Below are positions 49,640 through 61,492 of a DNA stretch of 64,000 nucleotides, piece after piece (the stretch's first letter is position 1; the number at the start of each line of letters is the position of its first letter). This stretch comes from Squalus acanthias (taxonomy: Eukaryota). The translations under genes were made by a program, and so were the position numbers. The notes beneath the pieces were generated by a model, which searched no databases, was not told where the DNA came from, and saw only the letters and a program-made list of their open reading frames with translations. The stretch is from positions 1,798,001 through 1,862,000 of the forward strand of contig CM059432.1 of assembly GCA_030390025.1 (NCBI GenBank), given 5' to 3'.

Positions 49640-50134
49640 AGAATGCTCATCCAGGCAAGTGGAGAGTATTCCATCACACTCCTTACTTGTGCCTTGTAGA
49701 TGGTGGAAAGGCTTTGGGGAGTCAGGAGGTGAGACACTCATCGCAGAATAACCAGACTCTGACCTGCTCTTGTTGCCACAGTATTTATGTGGCTGGTCCA
49801 GTTAAGTTTCTGGTCAATGGTGACACCCCCCCAGGATGTTGATGGTGGGGGATTCGGCGATGGTAATGTCATTGAATGTCAAGGGGCAGTGGTTAGACTC
49901 TCGCTTGTTGGAGATAGTCATTGCCTGGCACTTCTGTGGCGCGAATGTTACCTGCCACTTATCAGCCCAAGCCTGAACGTCGTCCAGGTCTTGTTGCATG
50001 CGGGCATGGACTGCTTCATTATCTGAGGAGTTGTGAATGGCGCTGAACACTGTGCAGTCATCAGCGAACGTCCCCACTTCTGACCTTATGTTGGAGGGAA
50101 GGTCATTGATGAAGCAGCTGAAGATGGTTGGGCC
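49640..50134 (-). mobile_element. Crack/Daphne-like LINE RT fragment
   Basis: GPTIFSCFINDLP...TFADDCTV...WADKWQVTF; LSTIYKAQVRSVMEY. Confidence 0.8.
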
Positions 50135-50998
50135 ATGGAGACATGTTCCTTTTGTATTGATATAACTACCCCAGATATGAGTCTTGATGGTCAAAAACAG
50201 ATGATGTCAGGGTGTCATCAGACTAGAGCCCGCGTGAGCCAAGGCGCCACCAACGTGGCATCTTTACGATTGGATTTTGGGTTTGGGTGTCAGCCAGTGA
50301 TTGGTTCAGGAGGACTACATAGGTTTTGAATGAGAGTAAGGGTATAAGAAGGGGGTCTTAACAGCCACAAATTGTAGAAGATTTCAGGAGTAGAAGATTA
50401 TGAGACGAATCAAGGAGAAACCCGGGAGACGGAGAGAGAGAGAGACAAAAGACACAGGGTGCAGCCTGCTCACGGTTGCGGCTCCTACCCAGAGTATAAG
50501 GGGTAATATAAGTCTCAATTATACTCTGTAAACTGCTGCTCGAATACTGTAATGTATTAAGTCTTGCTTGTGTTGAATAAAGTTAAATCGTTGTCCCCAA
50601 TACGGGTCAACCTCGAATCATTTGGAACCCGGGTCCCTCTGGGATCTTATAGTGCTCAGTCCCACCCCCCCCGCTGTTTGTCCGTAACCCTGTAGGTTCC
50701 CCACCCTCAAGTACCCGTCCAACTCCCTTTCAAAATCACTTGTGGATTCAGCCTCCCCGACGCGCATCCTTTACCGAGACTGCACGGGTTTCTCGGAAGT
50801 TCAAACCGCTACATGCCGTGCTGATACACGCTCGAATATTCAACCGAATCCCATCTCCTACTGAAAACCTGGCGGGGTCAAAAATATTGAAAGCGATGGC
50901 TTCAATCAGAATCAGAGTGCACTGCAAAAACAGGCAAGTCAGACCGGAGAGACATCTTCTGCACAAATGCAGTGCGTTTTGGCACGAGGCCACACAAT

Positions 50999-51272
50999 GG
51001 GCTGGATTTTGTCTTGGGGTCGGGTTGGGGTCGTGTCATCTGCATTCCGTGTTTCCCCCCCGACTCCAGATTAATGATGCAATTTTCACTTAATTGGGCA
51101 ATTGAGTTCCAGCATGTGGGAACCCATGAACTAATTAGTGGTTTCAGTCTGAAAGTCGCCTCTGATGATGTCATCATTGCTGACTGCCTAGTCTCAGAGA
51201 CTGTTGGTGAGAGAGGACCTGCCTGGCTTGCTTTTGATGTGAGTGGACCTGGATGCAAAAATGGGGGGGGGG

Positions 51273-51320
<48 letters not shown>

Positions 51321-51677
51321 CTACTACTACCTTCATCACATCTCCGTTGTAATAGTGGACCTGCAGCTGATAGTCAGCTGTCCACTTGTGCTCCCGCCAG
51401 GTTTCACTGGAGTGTTTCACACCAGGCGTACTTCACGCCAGAAAAGGGTTAAACTAGCTAAAACGTTTCAAAATGGCATTACAGAGCCAATTTAGGGCTT
51501 GTTAAGGGCTTTAATGGCCTCTCCCTGCCTCTTGGAGGCGGGACGGAGTCGGGAACCCCGCGACTGATTTTGTCAAAATTGCGTGGAGGCGGGATGGAGT
51601 CGGGACCCCCGACCCCGCAACTTTAACCCCCCACACGCCTCCAAACCCGACTCCACGGGTCATTGAAAATCCAGCCC
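50999..51677. mobile_element. Harbinger-like MITE family 2
   Basis: TIR GGGCTGGATTTT / AAAATCCAGCCC; 3-bp flanks AAT/ATT; repeated subterminal GAGTCGGG/CCCGACTC motifs; internal (GA)n at 51276-51318. Confidence 0.7.
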
Positions 51678-51896
51678 ATTTGAGTCCGATTTTAAATTCT
51701 GTTGTATGAATATTTCAGTGCAATTGTTCCGTGTGTGATTTTTTTCCTTTGGCATCCAAATGGTCCCAGACTTAAAAACACATCGATTGAGAAATCAGCA
51801 GCGAATATTAAGTTATTCTTACAAAATTAAAATTTACAAATAAAGCCAATTCAACATGGATGTAAACAGTGTTAAACATTTACTCTACTCTATCTA

Positions 51897-53560
51897 GTGT
51901 CAGCCGTGGCTCAGTGGGCAGCACCCTCGCCTCTGAGTTCTAGAAGGTTGTGGGTTCAAGTCCCACCCCAGAGACTTGAGGACAAAATCCAGGCTGACAC
52001 TCCCAGTGCAGTACTGAGGGAGCGCCGCACTGTCGGAGGGGCAGTACTGAGGGAGCGTCGCACTGTCGGAGGGGCAGTACTGAGGGAGCGCTGCACTGTC
52101 GGAGGGGCAGTACTGAGGGAGCGTCGCACTGTCGGAGGGGCAGTACTGAGGGAGCGTCGCACTGTCGGAGGGGCAGTACTGAGGGAGCGCCGCACTGTCG
52201 GAGGGGCAGTACTGAGGGAGCGCCGCACTGGTGGAGGGGCAGTACTGAGGGAGCCTCCACTGCACTGTCGGAGGGGCAGTACTGAGCGAGCGCTGCACTG
52301 TCGGAGGGGCAGTACTGAGGGAGCGCTGCACTGTCGGAGGGGCAGTACTGAGGGAGCGCCGCACTGTCGGAGGGGCAGTACTGAGGGAGCCTCCACTGCA
52401 CTGTCGGAGGGTCAGTACTGAGGGAGCCTCCACTGCACTGTCGGTGGGGCAGTATTGAGGAAGTGCTGCACTGTTGGAGGTGCCGTTGGTCGGATGAGAC
52501 ATTAAACCGAGGCCCCGTCTGCTCTCTCAGGTGGACGAAAACGATCCCATGGGCACTATTTCGAAGAAGAGCAGGGGAGAGTTCTTTCCCAGTGTCCAGG
52601 CCAATATTTATCCCTCAATCAACATCACTTAATAAAAAAAACAGAGGATCTGGTCATTATCACGCTGCTATCTGTGGGAGCTTGCTGTGTGCGAATTGGC
52701 TGCCGCGTTTCCTACATTACTACACTCCAAAAAAAATACTTCAGGGACAGAGGGACCTGGGAGTTAATGTGCATAGGTCCCTGAAGGTGGCAGGACATAT
52801 TGAGAGAGTTAGCAAAGCATATGGGATCTTGGGCTTCATAAATAGAGGTATTGAGTACAAAAGTAGAGAAGTTATGCTGAACCTTTATAAAGCGCTGGTT
52901 AGATGACAACTGGAGTATTGCGTCCAGTCTGGTCACCACACTTTAGGAAGGATGTGAAGGCCCTTGAGAGGGTGCAGAGGAGATTTACCAGAATGGTTCC
53001 GGGGATGGGGGATCTTAGCTACAAGGACAGGTTGGAGAAGCTGGTTTTAATTAGAGCAAAGGAGGTTGAGGGGTGATGTGATAGAGGTGTTCAAAATCAT
53101 GAGGGGTCTGGACAGAGTAGATAGAGAGTTGTACAAGATTATGACGGGTTTGGATAGGCTAGACGGGGGAAGGCTGTTCCCACTAGTTGATGGTACAAGG
53201 ACTGGGGGGACACAGATTTAAGGTTTTGGGCAAGAGATACAGGGGGGATGTGAGGAAAAACTTTTTTACGCAGCGAGTGGCGAGGACCTGGAACTCGCTG
53301 CCGATGGAAGTGGTGGAAGCGGAGACACTCAATGTTTTCAAGGGGAGACTGGAGAGGCACTTGAGGGAAATAAACTTGCAGGGCTACGGGGATAGAGCGG
53401 GAGGAATGGGACTGACTGGATTGCTCTACAGAGAGCCGGCACGGACTCGATGGGCCAAATGGCCTCCTTCTGTGCCGTTATGACTCTGTGGCTGTAAAGC
53501 GCTTTGGGACGTCTGGTGGTTGTGAAAGGCGCGATAGAAATGTAAGGCCTTTCTTCTTTC
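51897..53560 (+). mobile_element. Deu-SINE with 33-bp minisatellite (52008-52475) and CR1 insertion (~52742-53490)
   Basis: Head at 51897; repeat units; core at 52480; tail resumes at ~53490. Confidence 0.8.
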
Positions 53561-53642
53561 TTTTCTTAACAACTTCCTAGCATAGGTCTTAACTACATCC
53601 ATCTTCTAGTATGCTCAGATCCTCCAGGGAGGGTAAAATATT

Positions 53643-53857
53643 AGCTGAAAACTGACTCCCGTGTCAGTCTGCACGATACTGCTTGCCTCAGGACCTTTAC
53701 TGATGGAAGCGGGGTGGAGTGGGGGGGGGGGGGGGGGGGTGGGGGGGGCTGGGGGAAGAGGCCCAGGAGTTAATCATTCAGCTCAAGACTCTGGGGCAGA
53801 GCATGTGTCCTTTGAGGACTGATTATAAAGCAGCCCTCCTCTGCTCAATAAAAAAAA
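53643..53857 (+). repeat. Arm 1 of a diverged inverted duplication (partner 54749-54933)
   Basis: 41-bp identical core 53655-53695 versus reverse complement of 54881-54921; similarity across ~200 bp. Confidence 0.85.
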
Positions 53858-54748
53858 CCACAAGAGGCAGGAAAAAAAAAATGAGCAGCCTCTTACAAAC
53901 TGGCGATTGCTGGAAAGACATTTCACCTGTCATGGATCCTGTCAGGGTTTTAAAATTTCAGTTCGTACAAAAAAAAAAATAATAACTGACCGAGTTTGAG
54001 GTTGAGCTGCACAACTGCACCATCTCAAATGATTCTCCACACCCTGGAGAATGCTGAAACATATCTAAAGCATGTCCTTTCTGTCCTGATTTTACTGTTG
54101 GCTTGAGTGCAAGAGAAATGAGCATGTCCTCGCTTTGGGTTATCAAAATGCTGCTTCACATCCCCTTTGAGAAATTCTACCTGTCATAGATCTGTCAAGA
54201 GTTCAGAATTTGCAGTCTGCTGAGGCAGTCAGTGTCCTTCATCTCTGGAGACATGTTGGGTTCAATAGCCAACAAAAGAATGAGAGGAGGTGGTTGATGG
54301 TTAGAGGCCCCCGTGTTGTCTTTTTTATTTCTGTCTTGTAGTACGCGAGGAATGAGCGGAGTAACAACCTGATATGATGCTGTTGTCACTGCGCAATGGA
54401 GAGATCATATCGTCCTCCGGTCGTGCCCGGTGATAGAGGGGGGGGATGTGGGGGGGAATGGGGCAGGCGGGGGGGGGGGGGCCATGTGCCGTGGGTAGTC
54501 TCGCACCGAGTGGGCAAACCGCTGGCGCTGTTCAAGGGCTTGTGTCTTCGGTCACAAAGGCTGTGGAGGGAGCGCAGGGGGGCCCGTATCCTCCCCGCCA
54601 GCAAGAGGCCCAGCTTCCACCTCCACAACACCGCCCGTCTCCGCCCCTGCCTCAGCTCGCCCGCTGCTGAAACCCTCATCCGTGTCTTTAGTTACCTCCG
54701 GACCCCGCTCGCACCCTCCGTAAACTTCAGCTCATCCAAGCCTCCGTG

Positions 54749-54933
54749 TTTTTTTTATGAGCAGAGGAGGACCGCTTTATAATCCGTCCTCAAAGGACCC
54801 GTGCGCTGCCCCAGAGACCTCAACTGAGTGAATAACTCCTGGGCCTCGCCCGCAGCCCCTGCCCCCCACCCCCCGGGCAGGGTCCTGAGGCAAGCAGTAT
54901 CGTGCAGACTGACACGGGAGTGAGTTTTCAGCT
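54749..54933 (-). repeat. Arm 2 of the diverged inverted duplication
   Basis: Reverse-complement match to 53643-53857. Confidence 0.85.
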
Positions 54934-54941
54934 GCTATGTT

Positions 54942-55805
54942 GTGTCAGCCGTGGTAGCACTCTCACCTCTAGAGTCAGAAGGTCGTGGGTTCAAGTCCCA
55001 CTCCAGAGACTTGAGCACAAAAATCCAGGCTAACACTCCAGTGCAGTGCTGAGGGAGCACCACACTGTCGGAGGTGCCGTCTTTCGGATGAGTTGCTAAA
55101 CCAAAGCCCCGTCTGCTCTCTCAGGTGGACGTAAATGATCCCAAGGCACTATTCCGAAGAAGAGCAGGGGAGTTCTCCCCGGTGTCCTGGCCGATATTTA
55201 TCCCTCAATCAACATAACTTAAACAGATATAACAACAGAAAATGCTGGAAAAACTCAGCAGGCCAGGCAGCATCCGTGCAGAGAGAAACAGGGTTAACGT
55301 TTCAGATCGAAGACCTTTCGTCAGAACTCACGTCAACCACGTTTAATGCCCTTTATCTCTGTGAGAAAGGGCTTTAAACGTAGTAAAACATCCCAAGACG
55401 CTTCACAGGAGCGATTATCAAACAGCCTCAGCTGCCTGGGCCCTAAGCTCAGAGAGAAAGGGCTTTAAACGTGGTTGACGTGAGTTCTGACGAAAGCTCT
55501 TCGACCTGAAACGTTAACTCTGTTTCTCTCTCCACGGATGCTGCCTGGCCTGCTGAGTTTTTCCAGCGTTTTCTGTTGTTATTTCGGATTTCCAGCATCC
55601 GCAGTATTTTGCTATTGTAACATAAACAGATTATCTGGCCATTATCACATTGCTGTTTGTGGGAGCTTGCTGTGCGCAAATTGGCTGCCGTGTTTCCTAC
55701 ATTACAACAGTGACTACACTTCAAAAAGTGCTTCATTGGCTGTAAAGCGCTTTGGGACGTCTGGTGGTCGTGAAAGGTGCTGTAGAAATGCAAGTCTTTC
55801 TTTCA
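54942..55805 (+). mobile_element. Deu-SINE interrupted by an inverted PLE family B insertion
   Basis: SINE broken at TAAACAGAT, which is duplicated (55220-55228 / 55623-55631). Confidence 0.8.
55229..55620. mobile_element. PLE family B inverted pseudo-LTR with two hammerhead motifs (55292-55329 minus, 55482-55520 plus)
   Basis: Arms 55229-~55361 / ~55448-55582; ~38-nt extension; GAGTT-CTGACGA...GAAA-CG-TT-AACTC. Confidence 0.75.
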
Positions 55806-56260
55806 ATAAACTCGGCTGCCCGTGTCCTTACTCGCACCAAGTCCCATTCACCCATCACTCCTCGATTTAAAAATTCTCATTCTTGTTTTCAAATCCCTCC
55901 ACGGCCTCACCCCTTCCCTATCTCTGTAATCTCCTCCAGCCCCACAACCCCCCGAGATCTCTGCGCTCCTCTAATTCTGTCCTCTTGAGCATCCCCGATT
56001 ATAATCGCTCCACCATTGGTGGCCGTGCCTTCAGCTGCCTGGGCCCCAAGCTCTGGAATTCCTCCCTAAACCTCTCCACCTCTCTCTCCTCCTTTAAGAC
56101 GCTCCTTAAAACCGACCTCTTCGACCAGCTTTTGGTCACCTGTCCTAATATTTCCTTCTGTGGCTCGGTGTCAAATTTTGTCTGATAATCGTTCCTGTGA
56201 AGCGCCTTGGGACGTTTTACTACGTTAAAGGCGCTGTATAAATGCAGGGTGTTGTTGTTG
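55806..56260 (+). mobile_element. L2 3' end
   Basis: ORF 55883..56185; (GTT)n tail. Confidence 0.85.
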
Positions 56261-56819
56261 AAGAATCTCACGTGAGAGGAGTCCGGACGCGTTTGTGAAT
56301 AATCTTGAGCGTGTCCACAGTGCCAGGCTGCTCCGTCAGCAGAGTCAGCAGCTTTCCGAGGAGAGGTTTGCGAAAGTGGAGCATGTAAATGTCAGTGGTA
56401 CTTCGGGGAGTGCTCTTAATCTTCGCGGCTGAGCTGGAGCCAGGCACTGACACTTGAGTTGGAACGCTAGCCAAAGAATACCAAAAGCGCACAGCGAACG
56501 TAATCAAGAGCCTGGTGGATTGCTGCCTTCTGTTCTGGCCTCTCTCTTCAATACTTTCAAATATTCGCACATTCTTACCACACGAACCAGAGGGGACATT
56601 GTTTTCACGCAGCGAGTTGTTGTGATGTGGGATGTGGGCGTTGCCGGCAAGGCCGGCATTTATTGCCCGGCCCTAATCGCCCTTGAGAAGGTGGTGGTGA
56701 GTCGCCATTTCAGAGGGCAGTTAAGAGTCAACCACATTGCTGTGGGTCTGGAGTTACATATAGGCCCAGGCTGGGTAAGGGCGGCAGATTTGTCTTCTTC
56801 CAAATGTTTATTTTTAAAA

Positions 56820-57257
56820 GACTTGCCTCTCACGACCACCGGACATCCTAAAGCGCTTTACAACCAATGAAGTACAGTCACTGTTGTAATGTAGGAAACA
56901 TGACAGCCAAGTTGCGCACAGCAAGCTCCCACAAACAGCAATGTGATAATGACCAGATAATCTGCTTTAGTGATGTTGGTTTGAGGGATAAATATTGGCC
57001 CAGGACACCGGGGAGAACTCCCCAGCTCTTTTTTGAAATAGTGCCATGGGATCTTTTACGTCCACCTGAGAGAGCAAACGGGGCCTCGGTTTAACGTCTC
57101 ATCCGAAAGACAGCACGTCCGACAGTGCAGCACTCCCTCAGCACTGCACTGGAGTGTCAGCCTAGATCTTTGTGCTCAAGTCCCTGGAGTAGGGACTCGA
57201 ACCCACAACCTTCTGACTCAGAGGCAAGAGTGCGACCCACTGAGCCACGGCTGACAC
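56820..57257 (-). mobile_element. Deu-SINE
   Basis: Reverse complement of head, core and tail. Confidence 0.9.
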
Positions 57258-57392
57258 TACTTTTAATCACACTTCATAATTACGTGTGAATCTATCTGCG
57301 GAGAAAGGATTAAGCAATAAAAAAAAGGCTGTCTCCTGATGTGATTAGATATACTGTGAGGGATGAAGGATTGGTTTCCAAATGCATTTCTA

Positions 57393-57685
57393 AGAATCAT
57401 AGAAATTTACAGCACAGAAGGAGGCCACTCGGCCCATCGTGTCCGTGCCGGCCGACAAAGAGCTCTCCAGCCTAATCCCACTTTCCAGCTCTTGGTCCGT
57501 AGCCCTGCAGGTTACGGCACTTCAAGTGCATATCCAAGTACTTTTTAAATGTGATGGGGGTTTCTGCCTCTCCCACCCTTTCAGGCAGTGAGTTCCAGAC
57601 CCCCACCACCCTCTGGGTGAAAAAAGTTCTCCTCAACTCCCCTCTAATCCTTCTACCAGTTAATTTAAATCTATGCCCCCTGGTT
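57393..57685 (-). mobile_element. CR1 3' fragment
   Basis: ORF 57472..57717; near-identical to 697-985. Confidence 0.85.
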
Positions 57686-58067
57686 GACTGCAATTGTCTC
57701 TTTGCAAGATATTGCATTCTCTAATAATTTTTAGACACTGAAATGTAAATGAATTTCTGGTTTAAAGTAAAGTGTTTTAATGTGATTTTTCTTGAGTCTC
57801 TGTTCGACAACTGGTCTATAAGGACTGTAAATATCATTCTCTCCAGGTTTGCTGCTCCCAAGGTATGAATTATCCAGCACTCACATCTCACGCCTCCAAT
57901 ATGAAAAATGCTACATACAGTGACAACACATAAACTTCCAACAGAGTGCTCCGCTTCCATTAAATCCTAATGTTTCGAACACAATTGCAGAATTGATTAG
58001 GGTACACAGACACAAAAAAATACCCCGCACAAGGTTGCAGCGTACGCATTGCTGCAGGTTCATTACA

Positions 58068-58645
58068 AATATCCTCCTTCCTGTGTTCAAATCCCTCCAC
58101 AGCCTCGCCCCACCTCCCCCCCTCTCTATCTCTGCAACCTCCTCCAGCCCCACAACCAACGCTCCCGCTAACCTGCGCGGCAGCGCAGTCACCTGCTCAG
58201 GTCCCGGGGCGGGCCACTCGCCGGCTTTTACACCGTAGGTACCGCGTGCGCGCAAACATTTTGAATGGGCCGCGCATTGGGCAAGGCGGGCCGCGCAGGA
58301 GGCGGTGAAGCTTACGGGGGACATTGCCTACAACCCACCGAGATCTCTGCCCTCCTCCAATTCCGGCCTCTTGCGCATCCCCCGATTTCCATCGCTCCAC
58401 CATTGGCGGCCGTGCCTTCAGCTGCCCAGGCCCTAAGCTCTGGAATTCCCTCCCTAAACCTCTCCGCCTCTCTCTCCGCCTTTAAGACGCTCCTTAAAAC
58501 TTCCCTCTTTGACCCAGCTTTTGGTCACCTGTCCTAATTTCTCCTTCTGCGGTTCGGTGTCAAATTTTGTCTAAAAATACTCCTGTGCAGCGCCTTGAGA
58601 CATTTTACTACGTTAAAGGCGCTATATAAATACAAGTTGTTGTTG
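58068..58645 (+). mobile_element. L2 3' end hosting a hAT-like MITE
   Basis: L2 split at CAGCCCCACAAC. Confidence 0.8.
58157..58326. mobile_element. hAT-like MITE (170 bp)
   Basis: 8-bp TSD CCCACAAC/CCTACAAC; imperfect TIR CAACGCTCCCGCTAA / TTACGGGGGACATTG; GCCGCGCA subterminal motifs. Confidence 0.7.
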
Positions 58646-58689
58646 ATGTGAGTGAATTTGCAGACAAAAAACATAGATAAAAGAAAAAG

Positions 58690-59270
58690 AGAGACTAGCA
58701 TTTCTATAGCGTCTTTCACAACCTCGGGACGTCCCAAATCGCTTCACAGCCAATGAAGTACTTTTTGAAGTGTAGTCACTGTTGTAATGTAGGAAACGCG
58801 GCAGCCAATTTGTGCACAGCAAGCTCCCACAAACAGCAATCAGATAAATGACCAGATCATCTATTTTTTGTTTCGTGATGTTGATTGAGGGATAGATATT
58901 GGCCGGGACACCGGGGGAGAACTCCCCTGCTCTTCTTCAAAATAGTACATTTAATAGTTCGGTTTCAACAGCAACATTTATACAGCGCCTTCAATGTAGT
59001 GAAACGTCCCAAGGCGCTGCACAGGAGCGATTATTAAACATAAATTTGACACCGAGCCAATAAGGAGCTATTAGAGCAGGTGACCAAAAGCTTGGTCAAA
59101 GAGGTAGGTTTTAAGGAGGGGAGAGAGGTGGAGAGGTTTAGGGAGGGAATTCCAGAGCTTAGGGCCCAGGCAGCTGAAGACACGGCCGCCAATGGCGGAG
59201 CGATGGAAATCGGGGATGTGCAAGAAGCCAGAATTGGAGGAGCGCAGAGATCTCGGAGGGTTGTAGGACT
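58690..59270 (-). mobile_element. Deu-SINE 3' half (58690-58945) and L2 3' end (58966-59270)
   Basis: Match to family copies. Confidence 0.8.
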
Positions 59271-59667
59271 ATGCAAGGTTGGATTAATGCTGCAGAGTTT
59301 TGCTTTGTTGGGAGTGTGGGCAAGGGCTCGGGAAACGTTTCCCCGAACTTCAACTGCTTGGAGGCTCAGTCCTGGCTACTCATCTCAAACAGCAGACAGA
59401 GTGGGTTGGATAGAGCACACATGGTCTGTGGGGGCAATGGGCAAGAATTTTTCTCCATTTCAATCTCACCTACCTGGCATTGACCGACATTGACCAGAAA
59501 TGGAAATACTAAAGGATACCATGGAAAAAACAATAGTCAAGGGAAGAATTACAGAAAGCAATGAGTAGGGATAGCTTGAATTATTGGCTTGAATTTTATG
59601 TGGATAAATGGCATTGAACTTGAGACTCCAGGTTCAGTAAGTTTGTGTCTCTAGCTCATCCACGATT

Positions 59668-60270
59668 AGGCGTGTATTCCCTGGAATATAGAAGGTTAAG
59701 GGGTGATTTGATTGAGGTTTTTAGCACTTTGAAGGGAATTGATGGGTGGTAGAGGCAGGAACCCTCACAACATTCAAGAAGCATTTAGATGAGCACTTGA
59801 AACGCCATAGCATACAAGGCTACGGACCAAGTGCTGGAAAATGGGATTAGAATAGACAGGGCTTGATGGCCGGCGCAGACACGATGGGCCGAAGGGCCTC
59901 TTTCTGTGCTGTATAACTCTATGACTCTATGATGGGATGGATAGAGACAAACATTTTCCACTGGGGGAGGAGTCTAGGACAGGGGGGGCATCACCTTAAA
60001 AATCAGAGCCAGGCCATTCAGGAGAGAAGTTAGGAAACACTTCTTCGCACACAGGGTGGTAGGAGTGAGGAACTCTCTCCCACAAAAAGCAGTAGATGCT
60101 GGGGCTCAATTAATAATTATAAATCTGAGATCGATAGATTTTTTTCCAACCCAAGGGTATTAAGGGATATGGAGCCAAGGCGGGTGGATGGTGTTGGGAT
60201 ACAGATCAGCCATGATCTCATTGGATGGCGGAATGGGCTCGAGGGGCTGAATGGCCTCTTCCCGCTCCTA
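59668..60270 (+). mobile_element. Nested CR1 fragments
   Basis: Insert ~59745-59932 ending in ACTCTATGACTCTATGAT. Confidence 0.75.
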
Positions 60271-60400
60271 CGATCAGTCTATGCATCTCTGCTGTCCAGA
60301 ATAAAGTCGACACTATGGAGCGTCTTTTCGAAAGAGGATGGTTTATGGATTCGGGAGGAGTCGGGTCATAAATAACACGCGTTGTCATCGAAGAGGCTTA

Positions 60401-60622
<222 letters not shown>

Positions 60623-60632
60623 CTACAACCTA

Positions 60633-60634
<2 letters not shown>

Positions 60635-60662
<28 letters not shown>
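60635..60662 (+). repeat. (CA)n microsatellite
   Basis: Direct observation. Confidence 0.95.
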
Positions 60663-60663
<1 letters not shown>

Positions 60664-60890
60664 TCTTCTGTAACAGCACAGTGTGAAGTTACATAGAATT
60701 TACAGCACGGTTATAACAGGCCACTCGGCACAACTGGTCCATGCCCGAGTTGAATTATTTTTGATTCGTCCTTTCGTCTTTTTTCCTTTAACCAATTTTC
60801 CGCTTTTCTTTTCTTTCTAACATTTCCAGACACTCCATTTGTTTTCCACTTCTCGCACGCTATCCAGCTACTTTGCCAATCATTTCTGCA

Positions 60891-61355
60891 GTGTCAGCCG
60901 TGGCTCAGTGGGCAGCACTCTCGCCTCTCTGAGTCAGAAGGTCGTGGGTTCAAGTCCCACTCCAAGGACTTGAGCACATAAAGCTAGGCTGACACTCCCA
61001 GTGCCAGTACCGAGGGAGCTGCCGCACTGTCGGAGGTGCCGTCTTTCAGATGAGACGTTAAACCGAGGCCCCGTCTGCTCTCTCAGGTGGACGTAAAAGA
61101 TCCCACGGCCACTATTTCGAAGAAGAGCAGGGGAGTTCTCCCCCGGTGTCCTGGGGTCAATATTTATCCCTCAATCAACATAACAAAAACAGATTATCTG
61201 GTCATTATCACAGTGCTGTTTGTGGGAGCTTGCTGTGTGCAAATTGACATTTCCTACATTACAACAGTGACTACACTTCAAAAAGTACTTCATTGGCTGT
61301 AAAGCACTTTGGGACGTCCTGAGGTCGTGAAAGACGCTGTAGAAATGAAAGTCTA
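60891..61355 (+). mobile_element. Deu-SINE (full length)
   Basis: tRNA-like head, Deu core, tail. Confidence 0.9.
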
Positions 61356-61492
61356 TTTTTCATCTGCTTCTTTGCAGCTTGCAATATTGCTCTGGTCTAT
61401 CGTTTGTTGATCCTGCTCCAGTCTTTGAGTTACTGCTGAACGTTGACGCTTCACCTGTTTAACAGTTACTAACTGTTGTCAGGGCTACACTC

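Noticed and set aside
50135..50650. Possible solo LTR (TATAAG words, AATAAA at ~50576)
   Set aside because: Could not identify TG...CA termini with a matching TSD.
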